From: the human T2T-CHM13v2.0 reference genome, Homo sapiens
NCBI RefSeq assembly: GCF_009914755.1
Contig: NC_060934.1
Reading direction: 5' to 3' (one strand)
DNA: 64,000 nt
A program made the position numbers and the translations under genes. Below, piece after piece: positions 47,658 through 62,507 of this stretch (its first letter is position 1; the number at the start of each line of letters is the position of its first letter). A model generated the notes under the pieces. The model was given only the letters and a program-made list of their open reading frames with translations. It was not told the DNA's origin and ran no database searches.

Positions 47658-50195
47658 GAAAGTGAACTGGTGAAAGGATTATTAAGTAGAGGGAACGGGT
47701 TCACAACTGGTTGCTTTGAAGTCAGAGCCCAGGCCCTGAACACTAGCCTGCGCTGCCTTCTGAAATACAGAGGACCACTCACCATTCACATGCCCAAACC
47801 TACACTTACTACTGATCTAACAAAGCAGTGGGACATGTGGGAGCATATGTGATAACTGCCTTCAAGTGGCTTATAGTTTAAAAGCATTGACTGTCAGTAA
47901 AGCAAAGACAAAAACTACATGTAAATCATGATAAGGCATAGTGTAGTGCATGCCTTTGCTCTTCTGACAATAATATAGAGTACAGGATATCCTTTATAAT
48001 ATAATATAGACTATAACATATACTACATCGTATCATACAATACAGATAATTCCAAGAGATGGGCTCAAGGGCTGGTCAGATCATATCCATGGAAACTAAG
48101 GGATTTATTTCTATTAGAGGGAAAAACCAAACATGCCCCCTAAATGCTGATTAAAATTATTTATAGTCAAAGAAAACACATTTAATTATCCCAGTCACAC
48201 CCAAAGCAAAGTGGGGGAAATTTTTATGACAATGTTAAATTTTTCCACTTTAATTAAAACATAGGCTTCATATGCTGGATCTGAGGCTTACTTCTAGAAT
48301 GGGCTTTGCATTAAACATATTTTATTGTGGAAATCTATTTCTTTACCATCGAGGACTGAAATAAGCCTAAAAGGTCACTAAGTTATTAACTTGGTATAGA
48401 GAATATACGCTTCAGACTTCATTTTAAAGAGGTTCAGCTACTAAAGTCTGCAAAGGGTCTTAAGACAGGGAGGCAGGACTTTTTCCCAGGAACAATAGGA
48501 TGAGACTGCCCTTCTTTCTGACACTAGGCCACTACCTCCCCCTTGTGGCCATAGCTAAACCCTCTGGGTCACGGTCCTAGTTTCAAAGTCTCCTTTAGGA
48601 GCCTGTGAACAAATACCAGAGAGAAGCTATTATATTTAAAATATTGACAACCATCATTGTGAAGGGCATGGCCAGGCAAAGCTCTCCTAATACTAGCTTC
48701 TGTGAGGACTTCACTTGGTCACTTGGTTAACTCTTGATTAACAAGTAAATACTTGGTGTGTCAGGGACTTAAACACAAATCTTCGAAGCTTACCTTAACT
48801 TGAACAGAACTGGAGCTACTGCCTATCCTGGGAATTAAACGGGTGAAACTCAGAACAAAATGTTTTTAAACTGGTAGGGCACGGGGCATGGTGTCTGGTT
48901 AACTTAGACACTGAATTTAAATTTGGAAGATGAATGGTAAGAAGAAATTACTCGAGATGTATAAAATAGCCAGCACTTGAAAACTGAACTTTCATCACAG
49001 AAAGGATGACAACACTTTTAGGGTCATCATTCAGTGTTAGAAAACCTAGTACCATTCCCTGCTTTGCTACAGGTAAAAACAAGAATAACAGAATAACTAA
49101 AGTCAGTCTTACTTTAAGACAAACTCTAACTTCCCTTCAAACCTTGCAGCACGATCACTGTTTCATTCTCAGGTAAAATATTCAAACGAGAGCGGTCCTG
49201 AGAGTGACTGATGGAATGAGTTAACATGGAGTAAGGTGCACAGGGAGAAGCCTGAATGTGAGATAAATCAGACAACTTTAATGAGGCTTAGCCTAATCAG
49301 GGCAATCAGGATCTAAAATACAAACAGCTGGAAGATCTTCATCTACTGCATTTTACATGGAAACCCAGGTAGCAGTACACTAGCATCAGCCTCTTATAAC
49401 TTAAGGGAACTAAAATTTCAGGACGCTAGCATGGGTGAAGGCATCGGGGAACACCGAGGCTAGCAATAATATAGTTTGACACACCCTGAATGGAGTGACA
49501 ACAGCTGCCCAGAGTTCTCTGTGATAATGGGGCATACAGACCAAGTCTGGACTCCCAAGGCCAATGTTCCAACACCAATGCCTGCTGAGGGCAGAGGACA
49601 AAGGGATTGCGTGCTATTACTACTTCCCACCTTTGTCCCTTGTTAAGTTTGCCATTTCTGGTTTTAGTCTGTCCTGCTCTGTTTACAAATGGAGAACCTG
49701 AGCCCAGAGAAATTAATGAAGTTAATATAAGGTCATACAATCAGTCAGTGGTTGACTCAAGGTGAGTTACCAAGTCTATGACTCCATATTTGTACCAACA
49801 AGTCTGGACTGGGAGAAGAGAAGGCTCATGTAAGGTTGCCAATCAATCAAAGAGGAAAATGTTAATTGTTTATTCTGAAGAAGCTTTGAAAGACCAGTTT
49901 TAGTTCCATAGCAACATTGTCTTAGGAACTTTCACAGAAACTATCCTGTGGTCAAAAACATTCTTCTCCCTTTGCTTTGCAAAAAGGAAGCTGACATTTC
50001 CTGCTATAAATCAGTACATCACAACTTATCTCCTGAAACTTTATTAATTGTGGTTAAAAAAGAGAAAATGTGTGAGAGAATGATAGGAACTATGTAAACC
50101 TGTCAATGCTCACTTTAGAAATGAAGTCTCCACAGTGGGGAGAGAAAGCTGAAAACTACTTTTCACTTAAATTCCTCCAGGCATCTTAAAGCTTA

Positions 50196-50456
<261 letters not shown>

Positions 50457-50827
50457 CTATACAAAGAAGCTATACCACAAAAGTTACATTACCCATTTTT
50501 GCTCAAATGTGCAAGTATATACCTAGTAATCTGTGCCTAACTGGTTCCTCTAACTTAAAACCAAAAGTCATAGGGAATGGAAATGCAATTTGTGTTTTGC
50601 AATATACTTTTTGCTACCTTTCAGGTTTTATACTATAGGCATACAAATAAATTTTTAAAAAATAGAAATTTCATACCAATTTTTATTAAATGAATTGCAG
50701 TTTATTCAGATTTGCATCATGTATGTAGACAGAGATGTCAAAATCACAGAACATACTTAGGTAAATTATTCAGAATGCTATTTCCAGTGTACAAGTAAGC
50801 ATGCCTTCATAAAAATCAGCACAATTA

Positions 50828-51239
<412 letters not shown>

Positions 51240-51978
51240 TTAAAAACAAAAACAAACCAAACTCCAACCTACAAAACCAAAGGAAAATAAAAGAAATCCA
51301 GTGGACCCATAGGGACTTGGGGAGGTTCTCATTAATAATCGCGCGTTATTTTTATAACACTCTCAACTGGGGGGGGGGGGGGTTTGTTGATCCACAGCAG
51401 GGGTTGGCCTGATGTTTCAGAATTAAGGGAAAAAAGTAAAAGCTACTAAAAACAATGAAGCACACAAAAGTTTTAGTTTTTGGCTGAATAGGACACTGCT
51501 CCCTAATTTTATGTTCAAAGCCATTTCTTTTGGCAGACACTATACACCAGGTTCTTCACATGCATTTAGACAGGCATGGTCACTTCCATTTTATATGTGA
51601 CAAATCACATTATTAGACTGAAGCAATACAGCTGGAAAGTGGCAGAGCTTGGGACCCAGAACCCCAAACCAGTGCTCTCTCCCGCTGTATCACTGAGCAA
51701 AGCCAAGAGAGGTCGCCTTCAGACTGCTCCACCCATGAGCACCTACCACACCCTGTGCACCTGGAAAGCCAAATGATTAAACATAGAAAAAAAGCCACGT
51801 ATGCTTGCCCAGGGGATGCAACGTTTCTTTGTAAACCCTCCTTAGGGTGGAGTGGACAACTGAGAGCTGAGGCAAGCCTGATCATCCTCAAAATGGCTAC
51901 AAGTAACACTCTCCACATTTGACAGTGTCCACTGCCCTGAAAACACATACTCAGTTTAAGGAAAAAAAAAATTGTTTT

Positions 51979-52319
<341 letters not shown>

Positions 52320-53503
52320 TTTTAATCTGACGTAGTCTTCCAACACTGGAAATATTGACTAAATAGATGCTGTTTTCCTTCCAACTGTTTTTGATGTTCA
52401 AGGCCAAAAATAACCTCGTCAATCTTGCAGGGACCCAAGAGAAAAGCAGGTGTAAGGAGGTGCTTACAGTGACAAGTCTATATTTAGCTAGCTCTTTAAA
52501 ACTCAGGTTCTGCAAGACCAAGCAGCAATTAAAAGAACTAAGACGAATGAATAGAGAACAAGAAGAGTTCCCAGCACTTTCGACAAAAAGAACCCAATGA
52601 AACAAGCATCGCTTAGGAGGAAAAATATAGCAAAGCATGTTCATCTGCGCCTAAGGCTTTCATTCAGTAAGCGTGCTGTGCTGTCTTCTATCTGCAGGTA
52701 CTATGAGAATGGTAGGCGAGATCTATAGTTAACATATCATCCTTGCTCTAAAAATAGTTATGAACACTAAGCTTTAACAGTATCTACTAGTTATTGAGAG
52801 ATGATAAGCTTAAGTCTTAAAACCTTTAAACTATTTGCATAGCTTTTTTAATATAGTAGCTATGTTTTCCTCCAATATGTTTTCAACTGCTGCCATTTTT
52901 ATTTGAAAGAACCCTTCTTTTTTCTCAACATTATGCCTCTGCCCTGAGGTAAACTAAAACAATAAAGGATGTAATCTAACATTGAAAAATCTCTTGCCCA
53001 CCAAGCAGCGTTTGTCATAGAATGTTGTAACATCTGAGGAAAGGCAAGGCTCTCACTGGCTTGCAGGAAAATATCCATATTTAGACAGATGGTCTAACAC
53101 TGTCAGTAGCTTTAGGTACTTCCTTTAAGACTATAGATTGAACTAGTAACAAAGCCTAACAGAGCTCTCAATTTTAGGAGGCATTTTCCTCTCAAGAGCT
53201 GTACCCTAAGGAAAATTTGATGGTAAAGCTGTCATTACCAGAACTCAAGTAAGGTCACTGGGTTACACTAACCCATTTGGAAAATATCAAGCCATTCTGA
53301 GATCTAACTCTGTTTGCTAAAGATTCACAGTTTTTATCATCCCCCAAAGACAGTGCTAAAACAAACAGTTCTGCTGCCTGCTTTGTTCTGCCACCTCAGG
53401 TGACATGCAACAGAAGCAGAGCATGGAGTTCCTGAACAAAGACTAGAAACAGAAAATATAGTTCTTCCTGGAACAAAGAAACTGCCAATAAAAAGAGAAA
53501 CAC

Positions 53504-53802
53504 GGCCAGGCACAGTGGCTCATGCCTATAATCCCAGCACTTTTAGAGGCCGAAGCAAGAGGATCGCTTGAGCCCCAGAGTTTGCGACCAGCCTAGGCAA
53601 CAGAGTGAGGCTCTGTCTCTACAAAAAAAGATTAGCTGGACACGGTGGTGCGCGCACCTGTAGTCCCAGCTACTCAGGAGACTGAGGTGAGAGGACTGCT
53701 GGAGCCCAGAAGGTCAAGGCTGCAGTGAGCATGAGTGCACCCCTGCAATCCAGCCTGGGTGACAGACTGCGACCCTGTCTAAAAAAAAAAAAAAAAAAAA
53801 AA
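53504..53802 (+). mobile_element. AluJ
   Basis: Full dimer with J diagnostics and A22 tail. Confidence 0.88.
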
Positions 53803-55190
53803 GCTTGCTTGAGAGAAGCACAGAAGCACCTCAGTCCCCTAAAATCATGAGACAAGGGTTAAGATGAGCAAGAGGTAGGAGGCAAATGTGTGCATAGGGA
53901 CCTTGAAGGACTAATAACTACAGAACTTGCCTCATATAGTTTGTCTAAGAAAAATTCAGATATTCTCTTTTAAACAGATACCATGTAAATTCAAGCAACG
54001 TGGCTCCAATAGGGTTTGAACCAACACCCTGAATTGACCTGCCTATTTTAAAGCTATAGCTCATGGCACCACAGACGTAAAAACCCTGGGAAGCCTGGTG
54101 CAGGGTGACTCAAGACTAGCTGTCAGTTTCACCTCTGATGCCCATCTTCAATATGGGCAAACTTTTCTAGGCACGACTTTAAATTTATAATCATAGGTCT
54201 TAATGTACTGTTACATGAACAATTTTAAATCTTCCAATAAAGTCAAAGATCCTGAACTAGAACAAGAATTATTCCATCTAATAATAATCAAGCATATTAA
54301 TTAATATTTTGAAATGATACTTATGTGTCTGCCTTAAATATATATAAAGCTAAATGCCTAGGCAGATTAAATGGCTTTTTTCAAAAATCAATTTTCAACA
54401 AATACATTTTTTATATAAAGTCAATCTCAAAGATTATGGAACAGTTTTATAACCCTTATTTGTGCTATATGTTAACACTAATAAAAATATCCCTGTGGAA
54501 TCAGAATCACATAACAATGATCCCTCAGCAGATCACATTTTCAACGGAATTAGGGTTATATAAATAAAAGTTTGTTCCTTGGGATACAAAAAGAAAAATA
54601 TATTAACAGAACTGAAAAGGGCATAAATGAAAATGCAACTATATGCTCAACTATAAATCAGTATAATTTTAAATTCTAAGTCCTAAAGCAAGCATTTTCT
54701 TGTATCATCCACTGATTAGATATATAGTCTCAAAGCAAACTTCCAGCCCAATGAAATACACAAGTGTAGCATTAATTTGATCTTAAGCAGGCTAGCCTTA
54801 AGCATCATCCAATTACCAATAATTGTTGTGCTTATAATTTACAAAGGATTTCTGGAACCACTTCAATGAACCAGGCCTTTTACATAATAGATTCAAGAAC
54901 TCTGCACCAAATGACTTTTTTCTCAATAAATTCTTTCTAGCAGGTAGAGGCATTGAAAATCATTTACCTGGGAGAACCTCCTCCAATAGGTACCACAGGT
55001 GCATGTGCACGCTGGATGCTGAGAGCACCTTCCCACCCAACATGCAGCAGGTTTGCTGGATCCTAGGTTTTGTAAAATGTCAATGTGCAGGTCTGGGCTT
55101 GTTGTCAAGTCAGTCCTTGCCAACCGAAGCAAGGCTTCTAGCCACTACCTCTAGGACCCAGCTTTTTCAAGACAACTTAAGAATAAACCA

Positions 55191-55511
<321 letters not shown>

Positions 55512-57550
55512 GCTTGAGAGGCCCCCAGCTTTGTTTTCACTAGTCAACTAATATCTGTTACCCACAGTACCACAACTAACATCCCTGGTTTATTGAAAAT
55601 TACCAAGGAATGGAGCTACCTGCATTGGACCAAGTAAAGGCCACCCCAGGACAATAACTGCATTAAGCCATTAGACTGTCAAAAGCAATCATAATGTTAT
55701 TAATATGAGCTTTGGAAAAAAGCTCAAAAATCTCTCTCAGAACATAGAAAGTCTCTCAAGAACCGACTTGTCAGCTGTGCTACTGAGCAGAAATTCAGAC
55801 TCCCACTTCAAACTCAGTACTTCATCACTAAGGGCTTCTTGGGCCCACACTTATTCCCACCTCCTCCCCTTCTGTTACTGGTACCAGTATTCTGGGTCAA
55901 TGCCTCACATCTCATGAGTTACCAAGGCCCATGAAGTCAGCCTCCATAACAGCTGTCACACACACACACACTCTCCTTTGTGTGTGCCATGTGCTCATGG
56001 CCCCAGTCTGGTTCAGGCCTTTTATTCCTTTTCCTTTGGGCTACTGCCAAAACCTCCTACTGGATCTCCCCAGGTCCACTGTAGATCATCCTAGCACAAG
56101 TCCTATTACTTCAATGTCCTGCTCAAAACTCTTCAATGGCTCCCTACTACCTGTGGACTAAGTCCAAACTCACTGGCATAACATTCAAGTCCTTCCATGA
56201 TCCAATCCCTATGCAAGCTTCCCACGCCTTCCTCATACTATTTTCACACTACTCAGTTGATGTGACAGTCCAAGGTTTGCAAGCATAAATGCCTTCAGGG
56301 TTCATGCATGCAGCAAACAAAGAATGGATGGGTGTAAGCCAGGGAGTGGTAGCTATTGTGGTTAAAGGAAAAGCTCATGTCCTTTTCTGACTCTTGAAAA
56401 GAAAATCCCATCATGCCAACCAAACACTTTTGGTGACCATACTGGTCCGGGGCTTCTAGATCACAATACTTGCTAGTCATGCCAGATCACTCTTACAGAA
56501 ACCATGCCACTCACTCTGCCCACATGCCCCACTCATGCTGTGCCTCTGCCTATAGGGTCTGAATCCCTCCCCTCAATTTACCAAGACTAGGGGATAGCAT
56601 AAAAGACTTCCCCAATGCTTTCCCACAGGCCCTCAGCATAATGTGCACTCACCCTCCTTTAAGGGGTGAGAAGCACATTGTCATTCAAGTGCATTTTGAT
56701 GTCCATTTCATGATGTGTTTCTGTATCTTTTCCATCAGCTACTTCTAAAGGCAGCTAATGCTTCAGGGCGATTACTACGTCTCAAGCACTTTATATACAC
56801 GAACACACTTGATGGTTGAATCTTCATAACTCTACAGTAGAAACTGTTATCTGCATTTTGCAAAGAGTGAAATCACAGCTTAAAGGAATTAGGTGATCTG
56901 CCTGAAATTTCACACGTAAAGGGTAAATCCAGGGTTCAAACTGAGGTCCTTGGCTTCAAAGCCTTTGCCCTCATCTCTGATGTGTGCTGCCATCCTAGAA
57001 CACCTGGGTACATTCTCAATCACTCTTTACAGGATTGAAAGCTCTAAGAAGGGCAGTGACTAGGATTTCCTTGATCCTACTCCAAAACATAGAAAATACA
57101 TTGTGAATGCAAATACTGATTGAATAAATGATAACGTCCTCACTTCATATGGACTGTTTGCTCTAGATTAAGCCTGAGGATAAGCAAAACAACGGTTGGG
57201 GGTGGGGTGGATTAATCAAGATCTAGGACATTACCCATATATCATGGTCTGCCCCAAAGCCCCTGTTTCTCTTCCTGTTTATAGCCCCTCTCCAACTCCT
57301 AGACATAATCAATATCCTAATTCTTATGGTATTTACTTCCTTACATTTTTCCTAAAGTTGTTTTTTTAAACAACCTATGTATTCATTTACTTCCAAACAT
57401 TGGTCTTGCTAGGTTTTGCATTCTTTCATATCCAGCTTCTTCTGCTAAATGAACTTGTTACTCATTGTGGTTTGTATTTTCATTGCTTCACAGTATCCAG
57501 CTATTTATACCACAGTCTATCCTCTCGACGGATGACAGGCATTTGGGTCA

Positions 57551-57851
57551 TTTCTTTTCATTTATTTATTTTGAGACAGAGTCTCACTCTGTCGCCAGGC
57601 TGTAGTATAGTGGCGTGATCTTGGCTCACTACAACCTCCGACTCCCTGGTTCAACTGATTCTCCTGCCTCAGCCTCCCGAGTAGCTGGAATTACAGGCAT
57701 GTGCCACCACACCCAGCTAATTTTTCTATTTTTAGTAGACACGGGGTTTCACCATGTTGGCCAGGCTGGTCTCAATCTCCTGACCTCGTGATCCCCCCAC
57801 CTCGGCCTCCCAAAGTGCTGGGATTACAGGCATGAGCCACCATGCCTGGCC
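57551..57851 (-). mobile_element. AluS (Sc/Sg-like) inside an old L1M
   Basis: Full dimer; catttct on both flanks. Confidence 0.88.
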
Positions 57852-58199
57852 ATTTCTAGTTTTTTATCATGATCAATGGCACAAAGAACATTCTTCTACA
57901 TATCTGGTACACAGGTACATGTAATATGATATATACCCAGGAGAGAAACCACTGGGTCATAGAGAATAAGTATTTCCAACTTAATTAGGTACTACCAAAT
58001 TGTTTTCAAATGCGTGTAATGATTTCAATTTTCTATCTGCAGTACATAAGAATTTATTAGTAGTCTGTTTAAATCATTTGCCATTTTTCCTCTGGGTTGT
58101 TTGCTTTCTTACTGATTTATAGTTCTTTGTCATTACATATGGTGCATATCTCTTCTCCCATTCTGTGGTTCATCCTTGCGTTTTCCTTATGATATGTCT

Positions 58200-59130
58200 C
58201 TGGTCCTCTCCTCTGGGCACACCTCCTGAGTAACAGCATTAATTTCCATGGGAATAAATAATTTCTAAAGAAAACACTCCCAAATTTATATCTCTAGCCC
58301 AGACTTCTCTGTTGAGAGTCAGAACCTCTGTCCCACTGCCTTGTCTGTTCTCTCCATATGGAAGCCCAGACATTGCAATTGAACTTCTGACCTTCTTACT
58401 CCAAACATACTCCACTTGCTGTCTTTTCCATCTTAAATGATGGTAACTATTCTTCCAGTCATTAAGACTCAAACCCCTAAGTCTTTCTTGATCCTTTTTT
58501 TCTACACCACTTCTAATCCATCCACAAATCCTATGAGGTTATTTCTTCAAAATGTACCCAGAATCCAAAGTTTACCATCTTCAGTACTACTTCCTGAATA
58601 ATCCACTCCATCTCTTGGCATGTATTACAGAATATCCTTCTAATATGCATTGCTCCCACCTTGGCCCCCAATCCATAATCTCTTCATGACACAGCAACCA
58701 AAGCAATCATTTTAAGAGCTATGTAGGATCATTTTGCTACTCTGCTCAAAACCCTGTGGTGGCTCCTCCCATGCAGAATAAAAGCCAAAGTGCAGACAGT
58801 GGCTCCCAAACCTCTATCATATCAAGCCTCCAGACCCATTACCTCCCAATTTCATCTATCACTCTTCTCTCCCCATGACGTCAATCTAACCACACCAGTC
58901 TGTCTGCTGCTTCTCCAACATGGCAGGCACAATCTTACTTCAAGGCCTTAGCACTTTCCTATTCCTTCTGCCTACAATACTCTTCCCACAAAAATCTATT
59001 TGGCTAGCTTCTTCTCCCAGATTTTGCTTAAGTATTACCTCAATGACTTGAACTTACTTAGAACTTCAACTGTCCCTATGCCCTTTACAGTGTTCTATAT
59101 CTTTCCATGGCACTTAATTCCTTCTCTTGG
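58200..59130 (+). mobile_element. L2 remnant
   Basis: ctcccaaatttatatctctagcccagac..., ctctgctcaaaaccctgtggtggctcc...agaataaaagccaaag. Confidence 0.7.
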
Positions 59131-59392
59131 TTTTTGATGCTTTCATATTTTCACATTTAACTTCTTATTGCTGGTACACAGAAATACAATTTTTCATATG
59201 AGAAAACAGAATTCTAATCACTTACCTGTAGATTCTTAAGATTTAAAAGTTTTCCACTTACACAATAATAAGTAAATGGCAGTATTAGTTCCTCCTTTCA
59301 ATCCTTACATCTTTTTCTTGCCTTTCTGCACTGGCTAGAAATCCACGACAACAATCAATATAGGTAAATGCAGCAGGCATCCGTGTCTTGTT

Positions 59393-59693
<301 letters not shown>

Positions 59694-59778
59694 CCATGTC
59701 TTGTTCTTGATTTTAAAGGGAAAGTTAACTTTTCACAATCAAACACAATGGTTTGGGCAGCCTTTTTGTAAACACTTT

Positions 59779-60074
59779 ATTTATGTTTGAGATGGAGTCT
59801 CCCTCTGTTGCCCAGGCTAGAGTGCAGTGGTACGATCTTGGCTCAATGCAACCTCTGCCTCCTGGTTCAACTGATTCTCCTGCCTCAGCATCCCGAGTAG
59901 CTGGGACTACAGGCGTGCACCATCACACCCCACTAACTTATTTTTGGTACTTTTAGTAGAGATGGGGTTTTACCATGCTGGTCAGGCTAGTCTTGAACTC
60001 CTGACCTCAAATGATCTGCCCATCTCGGCCTCCCAAAGTGCTAGGATTACAGGTGTGAGCCACCGTGCCTGGCC
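59779..60074 (-). mobile_element. AluS
   Basis: TSD tgtaaacacttt at 59767-59778 / 60077-60088. Confidence 0.9.
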
Positions 60075-60478
60075 TATGTAAACACTTTTTTAAAAAGTCA
60101 GGTTTCAGTTCTATTCTTAGTTCACTAATTTTTATCATGAATTGTTACACTTTATCAAATCCTTTCTCTCCATCTATTAACATGATCATGACTTTTTCTT
60201 TTTATTCTGTGAATGTGGCAAATTACACTTACTGATTTTCTACTGGTAAACTAAACTTGCATTTCTTGTATAAACCCAGCATGGTCATGGTGCATTGTCC
60301 TTTTAATATATTGCTGACTTCATTTACTTATATTTTGTGTAGGATTTTTGCTCATGATTGAGGCTGTAGTATAATTTGCCTTTTCTGAACTACACTTAAG
60401 TTTGAGCTTTGAAGGTTATGTTACCCTTAAAATATGTTGGGGACCCATTTTTTTCCCTTTAGAATTTATGGAAGACAA

Positions 60479-60913
60479 TTTTTTTTTTTTTTTTTTTTTG
60501 AGACAGAGTTTTGCTCTGTCACCCAGGCTGGAGTGCAGTGGCGCAATCTCAGCTCACAGCAAGCTCCGCCTCCCAGGTTCACGCTATTCTCCTGCCTCAA
60601 CCTCCCGAGTAGCTGGGACTACAGGCACCTGCCACCGCCCCCGGCTAATTGCTTGTATTTTTAGTAGAGACGGGGTTTCACCGTGTTAGCCAGGATGGTC
60701 TCGATCTCCCGACTTCGTGATCCACCTGCCTCGGCCTCCCAAAGTGCTGGAATTACAAGCGTGAGCCACCACACCCGGCCTTTTTTTGTATTTTTAGTAG
60801 AGATGGGGTTTCACCGTGTTAGCCAGGATGGTCTCGATCTCCTGACCTCGTGATCTGCCCGCCTCAGCCTCCGAAAGTGTTGGGATTACAGGCGTGAGCC
60901 AACGCGCCCGGCC
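60479..60913 (-). mobile_element. AluY-like trimer (left-left-right monomers)
   Basis: Extra left arm at 60781-60913; a single gaagacaa repeat pair flanks the whole unit. Confidence 0.88.
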
Positions 60914-62197
60914 AGAAGACAAATTACTTTATCCTTGAATGTTTGGTACAACTCTCAATGAAACCATTTGGACCTGGAATTCATTGTTTATGAAGGCTGT
61001 TGATCTCTAATTCAATTTCTTTACGGGACAGAAGACAGTTTTCTTTTTCTTCCTCAGTCAGCTGGAGAAAGTTACGTTTTTCTAAGAATTTGTCCACATC
61101 ATATAAATTTCAAACGTATTGCCCTATAGTTATTCATTAGTTTTTCACTTAACATTTGAATGTCTACAAGAAAAGTGATATGTTTCCAGTTTCCTGCCAA
61201 AGATTTCAAGGTTGGCTTTTACTTCTCTGAGTATAGTAAGCATGGTTGCTTTATAGTATACGCCCGGTAATTCCAATATTTGAAGAATCTGCGAAGTCCA
61301 TTTCTTTTATTTCTAGTCACTTACATTCATGGAATCTCATATCTTCATGTGCATGGATCTTTAACTGTGGGCTGAATATTGTATTTGAAAATTTATCAGC
61401 AGGAGAAGCTTGTAGCCTAGGATGATAGTAACTTGCTCCAGAAAATTCCATCTCCTTTGGCTAAGCACCATAAGTCTGGGTTTACCTTAATCCAAAATCA
61501 AAGCCTTGTGTCTCTCATTTACCCAGCTGATGCAAAACTAGTTCACTCTTAGTCTAAGCATGCAGCCCTTCATGATTCCAGCTTGAGGTAGGGTTGACTG
61601 ATCACTCTCTCTAAACTTTGACCAAAAGCAATCAACTGACTTCTGCAGCCCCAGCTCCATACAACGACCAAAACCACAATTTACTATCTCAGGTGTTTTT
61701 CTGGATGAATTCCAAGTGCCCTCTGAATAAAAGCAGCCTTGGGTGCTTCGTTCCCACCTTCCTTCAGATCTCTGCCCAACAGTTCTTCACCATCATGTTA
61801 ATTATTTAACAAAGAAGGATTTTGTTAAGCTTTTGTTTATCTTCAGTGAGGTATGTCTGAGTGATCTAATCTGCTATTTTCTACAGGAAAAGCCACAATA
61901 TAACTTTTATAAAGAGAAAAAATAGCTACGTTCTTCCAGAAATTAGTTATTTGTTATTTTGATTCCTTGTTAGCAACACTGAGGACCAGAGTCAGGCCCT
62001 CACTTCTGAGCAGATGGCTTCAGGATAATATCAGACTTCCTATCTACTTGGGTATATATCTAAAGGGTTAAGTTTGAGTTTCCTGGATTTCCAGGAGCAT
62101 GATGCCACTAAAAGCATTAACATCTTTAAAAAAAATCTGGTTAGGAGGAATATTAAAAAAAAAAAAAAGCTCCATGGAAAAGATTTTTAAAGTCCTT

Positions 62198-62507
62198 GCA
62201 GGGCACGGTGGCTCATGCCTGTAATCCAGCACTTTGGGAGGCTTAGGCAGGCAGATCACTTGTGGTCAGGAATCCAAGACCGGCCTGGCCAACATGGTAA
62301 AACCCTGTCTCTACTTAAAAAAAAAAAAAAATACAAAAATTAGCTGGGCTAGTTAAAATTAGCCCAGTTACTCAGGAGGCTGAGGCATGAGAATCACTTG
62401 AATCACTTGAGCCCAAGAGACGGAGGTTGCAGTGAGCCAAGATCATGCCAGCCTGGGCAACAGAGACTATCTCCAAAAAAAAAAAAAAAAAGAGAGAGAG
62501 AGAGAGA
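62198..62507 (+). mobile_element. AluS with internal deletions and an (AG)n tail extension
   Basis: Recognisable left and right arms. Confidence 0.82.

Noticed and set aside
52367-52600. ORF containing EQEEF, reminiscent of CCDC6 repeats
   Set aside because: Wrong strand, and similarity is limited to five residues.
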